Sequence record: MZ031013.1
DNA from: Escherichia phage vB_EcoA_fTuEco01
Reading direction: 5' to 3' (one strand)
Length of the DNA: 44,320 nucleotides
Below the pieces are notes generated by a model. That model saw only the letters and a program-made list of their open reading frames with translations, was not told the origin of the DNA and searched no databases. Position numbers and translations under genes: made by a program. This document shows positions 16,336-25,086 of this stretch, piece after piece (position 1 is the stretch's first letter; every line of letters begins with the position of its first letter).

Positions 16336-17273
16336 TAGATGCTGATATGTTACCCTACATCGTAGGTTATACAATCAGTGACATGACTTATTTACGAGCC
16401 ACAACTCGTGTTAAGTCAGGACAAGTCCCATCAATCAAAGATACACCTGAGTGTAAGCAAGCATGTGACCGTGTGAACTCCTTGCTTAACTCTTGGGTGT
16501 ATGCAGCAGAGTGTGATGCAGCTAAGCTATTCATGACGAAATCAGAAGCTAACTTCCGTGTCCGCCTAGCATTCACAAAGCCTTATAAGGGTCAACGTAA
16601 GACCGAGAAGCCTCCGTTCTTCTATGAATTGCGAGAGCATCTCTTAGAGGTTCACGGTGCAATCTTGGCAGATGGTGAGGAAGCTGATGACCTCATGAGC
16701 ATCGCACAATGGGATAGCCACCGCCGCTTCCAGCAAGATACAGGTAACGAGTTCGCTATCGGTAGTCCAGAGCATAAAGCATTCTCTGATACTTGCATCG
16801 TTTCCTTAGATAAGGATTTGATGATTGTTCCCGGTTGGCATCTACAGCCGGGTCAAGAGAAGAAGTGGGTAGAGCCTATGGGCTGGCTTGAGCTACGCCG
16901 TAAGGCTAATGGGCAAGTCAAAGATCTAAAAGGTGCTGGCCTCATGTTCCACTATGCACAGATGATTATCGGTGATGATATTGATAACTATGCTGGCATA
17001 CCAGGTCGTGGTGCTAAATATGCCTATGATCTTCTCAAAGATTGTAAGACAGAGAAAGAGTTGTACATGGCAGTGCTGGGTGCTTACAAGGCTAAGTTCG
17101 GGCATGGACAAGTTAAAATTAAGAATTACCGAGGTGGTTATCGTATCGGCAAAGCCTTTGACCTAATGCTTGAGTGTGGTCGCTTAGCTCACATGGCAAG
17201 ATTCAAGGGTGATATATGGCGAGCCGATAAGAACCCAATCTTGTGGGGAGATGAAGGATGGCTACAAAGTTAA
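16248..17273 (+). CDS. 5'-3' exonuclease, FEN/T7 gene 6-like, 341 aa
   Basis: N-terminal IALIDADMLPYIVGY parallels T7 gp6 GILVMDGDWLVFQAM; acidic-cluster pattern and position between polymerase and resolvase. ATG at 16248 lies 8 nt after AAGGAG. Confidence 0.75.
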   Translation: MRPNFDFGATVSEDNNLILWPTEGNRIALIDADMLPYIVGYTISDMTYLRATTRVKSGQVPSIKDTPECKQACDRVNSLLNSWVYAAECDAAKLFMTKSEANFRVRLAFTKPYKGQRKTEKPPFFYELREHLLEVHGAILADGEEADDLMSIAQWDSHRRFQQDTGNEFAIGSPEHKAFSDTCIVSLDKDLMIVPGWHLQPGQEKKWVEPMGWLELRRKANGQVKDLKGAGLMFHYAQMIIGDDIDNYAGIPGRGAKYAYDLLKDCKTEKELYMAVLGAYKAKFGHGQVKIKNYRGGYRIGKAFDLMLECGRLAHMARFKGDIWRADKNPILWGDEGWLQS

Positions 17274-17671
17274 AAGCATCTGAAGTTGCTGCTTATAAGA
17301 AAGAGTTGCTAGAGAAGCAGGGCTGGAAATGTCCTATTTGTGGAGCACCTCTTAAAGCAGTAGCCGAGATTAACCGAGTACTAGACCATTGCCATCGCAG
17401 AGGTTACTGTAGAGCAGTACTCTGTCGTGGGTGCAATGGCGGTATCGGGAAGATAGAAAACCTAGTAAAGACTTATTGTAAGGCTGGGGATAATGAGTAT
17501 TTCATTATCAAGACATTGCGAAACATTGCAGATTATCTAGACTTACATAGTAAGCCTCAGACTGATAAGATTTATCATAAACATCAAACGGAGGCAGAGA
17601 AGCGCGAGGCTAAGAACCGTAAGGCACGCCTTGCTTATGCAAGAAAGAAGAAGGAGGTTAAAGTTGGGTAA
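17258..17671 (+). CDS. Endonuclease VII-type Holliday-junction resolvase, 137 aa
   Basis: CPICG...LDHCH...GYCRAVLCRGCNGG matches the zinc-binding / His-containing core of T4 endonuclease VII (C.IC...LDHDH...G.VRGLLC..CN) as I recall it. Confidence 0.7.
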   Translation: MATKLKASEVAAYKKELLEKQGWKCPICGAPLKAVAEINRVLDHCHRRGYCRAVLCRGCNGGIGKIENLVKTYCKAGDNEYFIIKTLRNIADYLDLHSKPQTDKIYHKHQTEAEKREAKNRKARLAYARKKKEVKVG

Positions 17672-18671
17672 GCTCCGCAGCTTGTACAAAGACTCCGAGG
17701 TACTTGATGCAATCGAGCAAGCTACCGACGAGAAAGGTAATGTTAACTACAATGAGATGGCACGTGTATTATCGTGTCATCCTGTGGGTAAGAAGATTAC
17801 CCGCCAGTTGGCTCGATACTGGCATGGTCAATTCAAGAAGACCAAGAAGAATGGTGATTACTACCAGACTCTTCTGCAAGAGGATAAGCGTATCAAAGAA
17901 GAGCGTAAGCTCAGGACTCCTGACCGCTATGAGGATTTGGCTATTGTACCACTGCCTGACTCGCCTCATCGAAGTGTACTGGTAATTCCTGACACTCATG
18001 CACCTTACGAGCACCCAGATACATTAGAGTTTCTGGCAGCGGTGGCAGCACGTTACCGTCCAGACACTGTAGTTCATCTTGGTGATGAGGCAGATAAACA
18101 TGCCTTATCGTTCCACGATTCAGACCCCAATCTTGATAGTGCTGGCATGGAGTTAGAGAAGGCCCGTGTCTTTATGCATAAATTACACAAGATGTTTCCT
18201 GTGATGCGCCTGTGTCATTCTAATCACGGCTCTATGCACTTCCGTAAGGCAAGCACCAAAGGTATTCCTGTACAATATCTGCGTACCTATCGTGAAGTCT
18301 TCTTCCCGCATGGGGGTGGCGACCAGTGGGATTGGCAGCATACACACGTTCTTGAGTTGCCGAATGGTGAACAGGTTGCATTTAAGCATCAACCCGCAGG
18401 CTCAGTCTTAGCAGATGCAGCGCATGAGCGCATGAACTTAGTGTGCGGTCACTTGCATGGTAAGATGTCTGTGGAGTATGCACGTAATACACATGAACAG
18501 TATTGGGCTGTGCAGGGCGGCTGTTTGATTGATGAGTCATCTCGTGCATTTGCCTATGGTCGTGAGTCCAAATACAAGCCAGCATTAGGTTGTGTGGTTA
18601 TTCTGGAGGGTGTGCCGCACATTGTCCCGATGCAGACCAATAATGACAATCGCTGGATTGGTAAAATTTAG
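17664..18671 (+). CDS. Calcineurin-like metallophosphoesterase with an N-terminal extension of about 100 aa, about 335 aa
   Basis: Motifs in order: IPDTHAP (D-x-H), HLGDEADK (G-D-x-x-D), CHSNHG (G-N-H-like), CGHLHG (G-H-x-H). TTG start at 17664 lies 6 nt after AAGGAGG; the track starts at 17631. Confidence 0.7.
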   Translation: MGKLRSLYKDSEVLDAIEQATDEKGNVNYNEMARVLSCHPVGKKITRQLARYWHGQFKKTKKNGDYYQTLLQEDKRIKEERKLRTPDRYEDLAIVPLPDSPHRSVLVIPDTHAPYEHPDTLEFLAAVAARYRPDTVVHLGDEADKHALSFHDSDPNLDSAGMELEKARVFMHKLHKMFPVMRLCHSNHGSMHFRKASTKGIPVQYLRTYREVFFPHGGGDQWDWQHTHVLELPNGEQVAFKHQPAGSVLADAAHERMNLVCGHLHGKMSVEYARNTHEQYWAVQGGCLIDESSRAFAYGRESKYKPALGCVVILEGVPHIVPMQTNNDNRWIGKI

Positions 18672-18686
18672 TTGACACTATAGAAC
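18666..18686 (+). promoter_or_regulatory. Phage RNAP promoter variant (ATTTAGTTGACACTATAGAAC)
   Basis: Consensus match with variation in the -12 to -9 region; overlaps the stop of the upstream gene. Confidence 0.65.
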
Positions 18687-18739
18687 AAGGGGTAGGTATT
18701 AGCTTGCCCTTGATTGTATAGTGAATGGAGGAATTAATT

Positions 18740-19210
18740 ATGTCAAAGATTTATATTGGCGAATACGTCGTACGCCGTGCAGCTTACCGAGATGCCATCT
18801 GGAATAAACTGTGTGAAAGCCTAGACAAGAAACCAGATGGGGTATTCAAAGTATCCCGTGCAGAACCTAATTATAACTCTATCATGTTAGAAGGTGTTGA
18901 GAAGCGCGAATGGTATGCACCTTACTTCAAGGTTGTTGACTCATTGCAAGGTGAAGACCCTAGCACGTTGGACAACAATATGGTTACTAAGCCTAAGCAC
19001 TACGAGTTCTTCGATGGGGTAGAGGCAATCACTATCATTGCTCGTAGTATGACCGAGAAGCAATTTGCTGGATATTGCATGGGTAATGCTTTGAAGTATC
19101 GTCTGCGTGCAGGTAAGAAATTCAATACTGAAGAAGACCTGAAGAAAGCAGACTACTATAAAGAGTTATTCCAGAAACATCGTCACGAATGTATTGATGA
19201 GGATATTTGA
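18740..19210 (+). CDS. Hypothetical protein, about 156 aa, possibly DUF3310-like
   Basis: ATG at 18740 after a GGAGG RBS; HYEFFDGVEAITII...GNALKYRLRAGKK resembles a phage-associated motif I recall only loosely. Confidence 0.5.
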   Translation: MSKIYIGEYVVRRAAYRDAIWNKLCESLDKKPDGVFKVSRAEPNYNSIMLEGVEKREWYAPYFKVVDSLQGEDPSTLDNNMVTKPKHYEFFDGVEAITIIARSMTEKQFAGYCMGNALKYRLRAGKKFNTEEDLKKADYYKELFQKHRHECIDEDI

Positions 19211-19211
19211 T

Positions 19212-19328
19212 ATGACTTGTCCTAATTGTGGAAGTGAAGAAACAGAACATGTAGTTATGTCAGATACTTATCATTTCTATTTCTGTCATAACTGCGACAC
19301 TACCATTGAAGAGGAAGAAGCTGTATGA
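19212..19328 (+). CDS. Small zinc-ribbon protein, 38 aa (CPNCG ... CHNCD)
   Basis: Two CxxC pairs spaced for a zinc ribbon; ATGA overlap with the ligase start. Confidence 0.4.
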   Translation: MTCPNCGSEETEHVVMSDTYHFYFCHNCDTTIEEEEAV

Positions 19329-20272
19329 ATATCTTTGAGTTCCTAGGTCTTCCAGAAGATCACCGCAATCACCCATTCATGCTAGTGAAACATCGCGGTG
19401 AAGTCCCTGAGAAGAAACTTACTTTTCCCTGTTATGCACAGGTGAAACGAGATGGTATCTTTTCTGCTGTTGTTGTTCGCACTGATGGTGTCGTTGGCAT
19501 TTTTGGTCGCACTGGTAAGAAACTGGCAAACACTGAAGTCCTCGAACAAACATTTGCTACCTTTCCGGTTGGCATTTATCTTGGTGAGCTTCAGTCTATG
19601 GCCGTTGATATCTACCTTGAAGCTCTATCAGGGGTGGTAAATCCTAATCGTACAGAGCCGCTTGACTTTATAGGCCAGCAGATTAAAGACAAACTGTATA
19701 TCGACTTCTTCGATATGTTAACCATTAAGGCATTCCATGATGGATTCACTGATGTTTCTTATCTCAAACGTTACGATGCTTTACATCGTCGCATCGGCAC
19801 TCATCTTAGCGGGTACAACGCTATCCTTCCTATTACTCCTTGCCATAATGAGCGAGAAGTTGAAGCGTTTGCGCAAGAGCAAATAGATGCAGGCCGAGAG
19901 GGTGCTGTGTTTAAGCTGGACTGTGATTATGAAGCAGGCCACAAAGGTTATCGTCAGACTAAAGAAGTTCGTAAGGTAACTTATGACCTTACTTGTATTG
20001 GCTTTGAAGAAGGCAAGGGTAAATACAAAGGTAAGGTAGCTAACCTCATTTTCAAATGGAAAGGAGGCAAGACAATCAAAGCTATGTTAGGTAAAGGGTG
20101 GACTCATGCAGATGCAGAACAGATGTTCCACGATATTAAACATGGCGGGCGATTGAATGTCATTGGTAAAATCTTTGAAGTAAAAGGTCTTCAGGATTCA
20201 AGCAAGGGCAACATTCGTCTGCCCAAAGCGGGAGAATTAAGACATGACAAAGATGAACCAGATTTCTTTTGA
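19325..20272 (+). CDS. ATP-dependent DNA ligase (T7 gene 1.3-like), 315 aa
   Basis: Nucleotidyltransferase motif I (AQVKRDG, cf. T7 EIKYDG) and an EGAVFK motif IV-like block; size is typical of minimal phage ligases. Confidence 0.8.
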   Translation: MNIFEFLGLPEDHRNHPFMLVKHRGEVPEKKLTFPCYAQVKRDGIFSAVVVRTDGVVGIFGRTGKKLANTEVLEQTFATFPVGIYLGELQSMAVDIYLEALSGVVNPNRTEPLDFIGQQIKDKLYIDFFDMLTIKAFHDGFTDVSYLKRYDALHRRIGTHLSGYNAILPITPCHNEREVEAFAQEQIDAGREGAVFKLDCDYEAGHKGYRQTKEVRKVTYDLTCIGFEEGKGKYKGKVANLIFKWKGGKTIKAMLGKGWTHADAEQMFHDIKHGGRLNVIGKIFEVKGLQDSSKGNIRLPKAGELRHDKDEPDFF

Positions 20273-20459
20273 TTCCATGAAGGCAACTCGTGCCGTTGAG
20301 GTGGCAGAGGCTATCTTTGAAACTCTATCTTGTGGCATGGAAGTGCCATATACTTTACTGGCTGATGCAGAAGAACTTGGTCTTTCTGTAGAAGCTATCC
20401 AAGAGAAGGTTGAAGAACTCTATGGTACAGACGAAGAAGAAACCGACTATTTCATTTGA
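20244..20459 (+). CDS. Hypothetical acidic protein, 71 aa
   Basis: GGGAGA RBS before ATG 20244; overlaps the ligase 3' end. Confidence 0.45.
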   Translation: MTKMNQISFDSMKATRAVEVAEAIFETLSCGMEVPYTLLADAEELGLSVEAIQEKVEELYGTDEEETDYFI

Positions 20460-20592
20460 GGGTATGGAGATGCTTGAGATGATTCTCAAGCCTTCTTCTC
20501 CGAAGGTGACTAAGACTCACGAAGAATTAATCGTAGATGAAGTGAAGCGTTACATTATGGATTGTGTTAGAGCACAACTGGTGGTCCAATGA
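20410..20592 (+). CDS. Hypothetical protein, up to 60 aa, start uncertain
   Basis: ORF track entry; several in-frame ATGs, none with a strong RBS. Confidence 0.35.
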   Translation: MKNSMVQTKKKPTISFEGMEMLEMILKPSSPKVTKTHEELIVDEVKRYIMDCVRAQLVVQ

Positions 20593-21050
20593 TACGTCCA
20601 GCTTCATTCCTAGATATTCCTGAGATTATAAACCTTGGGAATAAATATGTGGAAGAGGAAGTCAAGGTTGTAGCCCACCACTCAGCCTCATGGAATGCAG
20701 AACAAAGCGCACATAACCTTTGTGCATCTCTTAGTAGAGAAGATTTATTCCTATGGGTTGCTGTAGATGAAGGGCAGATTGTAGGTTTTCTGTGGGCTGG
20801 CTATCACGAGTTGGCCCCTTGGACACCTGTAAGAGTTGCATCTGACATTCTCTTTTATATTGTACCAGAGAAGCGAGGGACACTGCTCGGTATGCGCCTC
20901 ATCAAAGCCTTGAAGCAATGGGCTAATGGTAGTGGGTGTTCCGAGGTACGCCTGTCTATCGCTTCTGGTATTAATGAAGAACGTGTCGGACGTATGTATA
21001 AGCGACTTGGCTTTGAACAGTTTGGCACTGTGTATAACCTGAAGTTCTAA
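20589..21050 (+). CDS. GNAT-family N-acetyltransferase, 153 aa
   Basis: Acetyl-CoA-binding motif A pattern VPEKRGTLLGMRLIKAL (R-G-x-x-x-G) and typical length; ATGA overlap with the upstream ORF. Confidence 0.65.
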   Translation: MIRPASFLDIPEIINLGNKYVEEEVKVVAHHSASWNAEQSAHNLCASLSREDLFLWVAVDEGQIVGFLWAGYHELAPWTPVRVASDILFYIVPEKRGTLLGMRLIKALKQWANGSGCSEVRLSIASGINEERVGRMYKRLGFEQFGTVYNLKF

Positions 21051-21059
21051 GGAGATCAC

Positions 21060-21269
21060 ATGGGTATTGTAAAGAAAGCATTTAAGGCTGTCGGTCTTGC
21101 TCAAGATGCACCGCGTATTGAAGCCAAGGTTCCTGCTCAGCAGCTTGAGCGTAAGCCTGAGACTGAAGCTGAAGATATACAGATTGGTGCAGGTGGTGAT
21201 GATGCGACTGCATCTGCAAAAGGTAAGCGCGGGCTTGTCCGTCCGGTAGCTTCTAGCTTGAAGGTGTAA
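21060..21269 (+). CDS. Hypothetical Gly/Ala-rich small protein, 69 aa, possibly a T7 gp6.7-like virion protein
   Basis: Position immediately upstream of the portal gene and composition similar to T7 gp6.7; by analogy only. Confidence 0.4.
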   Translation: MGIVKKAFKAVGLAQDAPRIEAKVPAQQLERKPETEAEDIQIGAGGDDATASAKGKRGLVRPVASSLKV

Positions 21270-21270
21270 T

Positions 21271-22821
21271 ATGAAACAGAGCACAGATTTGGAGTATGGA
21301 GGTAAGCGGTCTAAGATACCTAAGCTATGGGAGAAGTTCTCCACTAAACGTAGCTCTTTCCTTGATAGGGCGAAGCATTACTCCAAATTAACCTTGCCCT
21401 ATCTGATGAATGACAAAGGTGATAACGAGACTTCGCAGAACGGATGGCAAGGTGTAGGTGCTCAGGCAACTAACCACCTAGCCAACAAGCTAGCGCAAGT
21501 GCTATTCCCTGCACAGCGCTCCTTCTTCCGTGTAGACCTAACTGCACAAGGTGAGAAGATTCTTAATCAGCGTGGCCTGAAGAAGACAGAGCTAGCTACT
21601 ATCTTTGCTCAAGTGGAAACACGGGCAATGAAAGAGTTAGAGCAACGTCAATTCCGGCCTGCTGTAGTAGAAGCATTCAAGCATCTTATTGTTGCTGGTA
21701 GCTGTATGCTATACAAGCCAAGCAAAGGTGCAATCAGTGCAATCCCAATGCATCACTATGTAGTTAATCGTGACACTAATGGCGACCTGTTAGACATTAT
21801 CTTACTGCAAGAAAAATCCTTGCGTACATTTGACCCTGCTACACGTGCTGTAGTAGAGGTTGGCTTGAAAGGTAAGAAATGCAAGGAAGATGACAGCATT
21901 AAGCTGTACACTCATGCTAAGTACCTTGGTGATGGATTTTGGGAACTCAAGCAATCTGCCGATGATATCCCTGTGGGTAAGGTGAGTAAAATCAAATCAG
22001 AAAAGTTACCATTCATCCCACTGACTTGGAAGCGAAGCTATGGTGAGGATTGGGGTCGCCCTCTTGCAGAGGATTACTCTGGTGATTTATTCGTTATCCA
22101 ATTCTTATCTGAAGCAGTTGCCCGTGGTGCTGCACTGATGGCAGATATCAAGTACCTGATTCGTCCGGGTGCTCAGACTGATGTTGACCACTTTGTTAAC
22201 TCTGGCACTGGTGAAGTTGTCACTGGTGTAGAAGAAGATATCCATATTGTACAGTTAGGTAAGTACGCAGACCTCACACCTATTAGCGCGGTCCTAGAGG
22301 TGTACACTCGCCGTATCGGTGTCGTCTTCATGATGGAGACAATGACACGCCGTGATGCCGAACGTGTTACTGCTGTAGAAATCCAGCGAGATGCGTTAGA
22401 GATTGAGCAGAACATGGGCGGTGTATATTCCCTCTTTGCTACTACTATGCAATCGCCAGTAGCGATGTGGGGTCTGCTGGAGGCAGGTGATTCATTCACA
22501 AGTGACCTAGTTGACCCTGTGATTATCACAGGCATTGAAGCATTAGGGCGCATGGCTGAACTGGATAAGCTGGCAAACTTCGCTCAGTACATGTCACTGC
22601 CTTTGCAATGGCCTGAGCCTGTCCTAGCTGCTGTGAAGTGGCCTGATTACATGGATTGGGTACGTGGTCAAATCTCTGCTGAACTGCCATTCCTTAAATC
22701 GACTGAAGAGATGGAGCAAGAACAGGAAGCGCAGATGCAAGCACAGCAAGCACAGATGCTTGAAGAAGGTGTGGCTAAGGCCATTCCGGGTGTAATTCAA
22801 CAAGAACTTAAGGAGGCGTAA
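21271..22821 (+). CDS. Portal (head-tail connector) protein, 516 aa
   Basis: Size and position at the head of the structural module, followed by an acidic scaffold gene and the capsid gene (T7 gene 8/9/10 order). Assignment rests on synteny and size. Confidence 0.85.
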   Translation: MKQSTDLEYGGKRSKIPKLWEKFSTKRSSFLDRAKHYSKLTLPYLMNDKGDNETSQNGWQGVGAQATNHLANKLAQVLFPAQRSFFRVDLTAQGEKILNQRGLKKTELATIFAQVETRAMKELEQRQFRPAVVEAFKHLIVAGSCMLYKPSKGAISAIPMHHYVVNRDTNGDLLDIILLQEKSLRTFDPATRAVVEVGLKGKKCKEDDSIKLYTHAKYLGDGFWELKQSADDIPVGKVSKIKSEKLPFIPLTWKRSYGEDWGRPLAEDYSGDLFVIQFLSEAVARGAALMADIKYLIRPGAQTDVDHFVNSGTGEVVTGVEEDIHIVQLGKYADLTPISAVLEVYTRRIGVVFMMETMTRRDAERVTAVEIQRDALEIEQNMGGVYSLFATTMQSPVAMWGLLEAGDSFTSDLVDPVIITGIEALGRMAELDKLANFAQYMSLPLQWPEPVLAAVKWPDYMDWVRGQISAELPFLKSTEEMEQEQEAQMQAQQAQMLEEGVAKAIPGVIQQELKEA

Positions 22822-23741
22822 TGTCTTTCTCATTTACTGAACCGTCAACCACTCATCCTATTGCTGAAGACAATCCGGTAGAAACCAAGGAGGTATCAAC
22901 TGATGCTACTACTAATGATGTTCATGCTGATACTAGCACTGATGTACAAGATGACAATGCTAGTACACAACCTGCTGAAGACACCAGAGGAGAAACTTCT
23001 GGACAGCCTTCAGAAGCAAGAGACAATGACGGAGAGAATGGTGAATCTAAGCCAGATGATACCACGACCGACACTGAGGAAGTGCAATACTTCTTCGGAG
23101 AATATGAAGTAACAGTAGATATACCACAGGATGTTACTGATAGCCTTAGAGAGAAAGGTATTGATGCTAAGCAGGTTGCCAAGGAATTCTATGCCAAAGA
23201 TGGCAAGTTTGAATTGTCCGATGCAACCAAGCAGAAGCTGTATGATGCCTTTGGCAAGTTTGCAGTAGACGCCTACTTGTCTGGCCTGAAAGCGCAGAAT
23301 GAAGCCTTCTTCCTGAAGGAAGCCAATGCTGCAAAGGAACTTGAAGCAGCTAACACTCAGCGCTTCTCTGATGTTTCTAAGGAAGTTGGTGGCGAAGAAG
23401 GTTGGTCCCGTCTTGAGGCGTGGGCGCTGGAAGCGCTGTCAGATGACGAACTCACGGCATTCAATGCGGTGATGGAGTCTGGCAACCAGTACCTTCAGCA
23501 ATACGCTGTGCGCGAACTGGAGAGCCGCCGTAAGGCCGCACAAGGTGATGACAAGCCAAACCTGATTGAGCCAACTGCACCTGCTGCCGCATCGGAAGAC
23601 AACGGCCCACTTTCTCGTGAGCAATACATCCGTGAGATGATGACTCTCAGTACCCGCTTTGGTAATGATAAGAAGGCGGCAGCAGAATATCAGGCTAAGC
23701 TGGATGCACGTCGCCGTGCGGGTATGGCTCGCGGATTGTAA
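22821..23741 (+). CDS. Capsid assembly (scaffolding) protein, 306 aa
   Basis: Strongly acidic, low-complexity N-terminal half and helical C-terminal half; TAATG overlap with the portal gene; position matches T7 gene 9. Confidence 0.7.
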   Translation: MSFSFTEPSTTHPIAEDNPVETKEVSTDATTNDVHADTSTDVQDDNASTQPAEDTRGETSGQPSEARDNDGENGESKPDDTTTDTEEVQYFFGEYEVTVDIPQDVTDSLREKGIDAKQVAKEFYAKDGKFELSDATKQKLYDAFGKFAVDAYLSGLKAQNEAFFLKEANAAKELEAANTQRFSDVSKEVGGEEGWSRLEAWALEALSDDELTAFNAVMESGNQYLQQYAVRELESRRKAAQGDDKPNLIEPTAPAAASEDNGPLSREQYIREMMTLSTRFGNDKKAAAEYQAKLDARRRAGMARGL

Positions 23742-23747
23742 TTAAGT

Positions 23748-23768
23748 ATTTACTGGACACTATAGAAG
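23748..23768 (+). promoter_or_regulatory. Phage RNAP promoter upstream of the major capsid gene
   Basis: ATTTACTGGACACTATAGAAG, perfect consensus. Confidence 0.85.
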
Positions 23769-23812
23769 GGAGAAACACCTCCCTAAATTATCAATTTGAT
23801 TTATAAGGAGAT
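23768..23812 (+). promoter_or_regulatory. Capsid mRNA leader: 5' stem-loop GGGAG-aaacac-CTCCC (23768..23783) plus strong SD TAAGGAGAT
   Basis: Hairpin begins at the transcript 5' end, followed by an AT-rich spacer and AAGGAG 10 nt before the ATG. Same architecture as the T7 gene 10 leader. Confidence 0.6.
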
Positions 23813-23820
23813 CATAATAC

Positions 23821-25032
23821 ATGTCTACACCGAATACTCTGACTAACGTTGCTGTATCCGCATCCGGTGAGGTTGACAGCCTTCTTATTGAGAAGTTTAA
23901 CGGTAAGGTTAATGAGCAGTACCTGAAAGGCGAGAACATTCTTTCCTATTTTGATGTACAGACTGTAACGGGTACAAACACGGTTAGCAATAAATACTTA
24001 GGTGAGACTGAATTGCAGGTGTTAGCACCGGGTCAGTCTCCTAATGCTACACCAACTCAGGCAGATAAAAACCAGTTGGTAATTGATACCACTGTTATTG
24101 CCCGTAACACTGTGGCACACATCCATGATGTGCAGGGTGACATTGATAGCCTGAAACCTAAGCTGGCAATGAACCAAGCCAAACAACTGAAACGTCTGGA
24201 AGACCAGATGGCAATCCAGCAGATGCTGTTGGGTGGCATTGCTAACACCAAAGACAAGCGCAATAAGCCACGTGTAAAAGGCCACGGCTTCTCTATCAAC
24301 GTCAACATTACTGAAAGCGAAGCACTTTCTAACCCACAGTATGTTATGGCTGCTGTTGAGTATGCTCTGGAACAACAGCTTGAGCAGGAAGTAGACATCT
24401 CTGATGTAGCTATCCTGATGCCGTGGAAGTTCTTCAATGCGCTGCGTGATGCAGACCGTATCGTAGATAAGACTTACACCATTAGCCAGTCAGGTAGCAC
24501 GGTACAAGGGTTCGTATTGTCTTCTTACAATTGCCCTGTTATCCCGTCTAACCGTTTCCCTTCTTTTGCACAGGGTGCATCTCACCACCTGTTATCTAAC
24601 GCAGATAACGGATATCGCTATGACCCGACAGCAGAGATGAATGGTGCAGTTGCTGTACTGTTTACAGCGGATGCACTGCTGGTTGGTCGCACCATTGATG
24701 TAACTGGTGATATCTTCTATGAGAAGAAAGAGAAGACTTACTACATCGATACCTTTATGGCAGAAGGTGCAATCCCTGACCGTTGGGAAGCTGTGTCTGT
24801 GGTCACAACTAAACGCAACACCACAACTGGTGCTGTTGATGCAGGTGCAGGTGCAGGCACTGACCACGCTACTGTCCTATCTCGTGCACAGCGTAAGGCG
24901 GTGTATGTCAAGAGCGCTAACCCGGCAGGTGCTGCCGCTGCTGCTAGCTTGTCTGCTGAAGACTTGGTTGCTGCTGTACGTGCAGTGATGGCTAATGACA
25001 TTAAGCCGACTGCAATGAAACCTACTGAGTAA
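23821..25032 (+). CDS. Major capsid protein, 403 aa
   Basis: Strongest promoter/leader/RBS combination in the window, optimal codon usage, a terminator immediately downstream, and position after the scaffold gene. Confidence 0.85.
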   Translation: MSTPNTLTNVAVSASGEVDSLLIEKFNGKVNEQYLKGENILSYFDVQTVTGTNTVSNKYLGETELQVLAPGQSPNATPTQADKNQLVIDTTVIARNTVAHIHDVQGDIDSLKPKLAMNQAKQLKRLEDQMAIQQMLLGGIANTKDKRNKPRVKGHGFSINVNITESEALSNPQYVMAAVEYALEQQLEQEVDISDVAILMPWKFFNALRDADRIVDKTYTISQSGSTVQGFVLSSYNCPVIPSNRFPSFAQGASHHLLSNADNGYRYDPTAEMNGAVAVLFTADALLVGRTIDVTGDIFYEKKEKTYYIDTFMAEGAIPDRWEAVSVVTTKRNTTTGAVDAGAGAGTDHATVLSRAQRKAVYVKSANPAGAAAAASLSAEDLVAAVRAVMANDIKPTAMKPTE

Positions 25033-25040
25033 TACCTATG

Positions 25041-25075
25041 CCCTATCTACCTTGCGTAGGTAGGGTTCTTTTTGT
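25041..25075 (+). terminator. Rho-independent terminator after the capsid gene (T-phi analogue)
   Basis: ccctatctac-cttgc-gtaggtaggg forms a 10-bp stem followed by TTCTTTTT. Confidence 0.75.
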
Positions 25076-25086
25076 TAGGAGGATTC

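Noticed and set aside
17704-17985. Plus-strand alternative-frame ORF of 93 aa inside the phosphoesterase gene
   Set aside because: Overlaps the N-terminal part of a motif-supported CDS in another frame; no RBS.
20751-21344. Minus-strand ORF of 197 aa
   Set aside because: Antisense to the GNAT gene and the portal gene start; no RBS; strand polarity of the genome argues against it.
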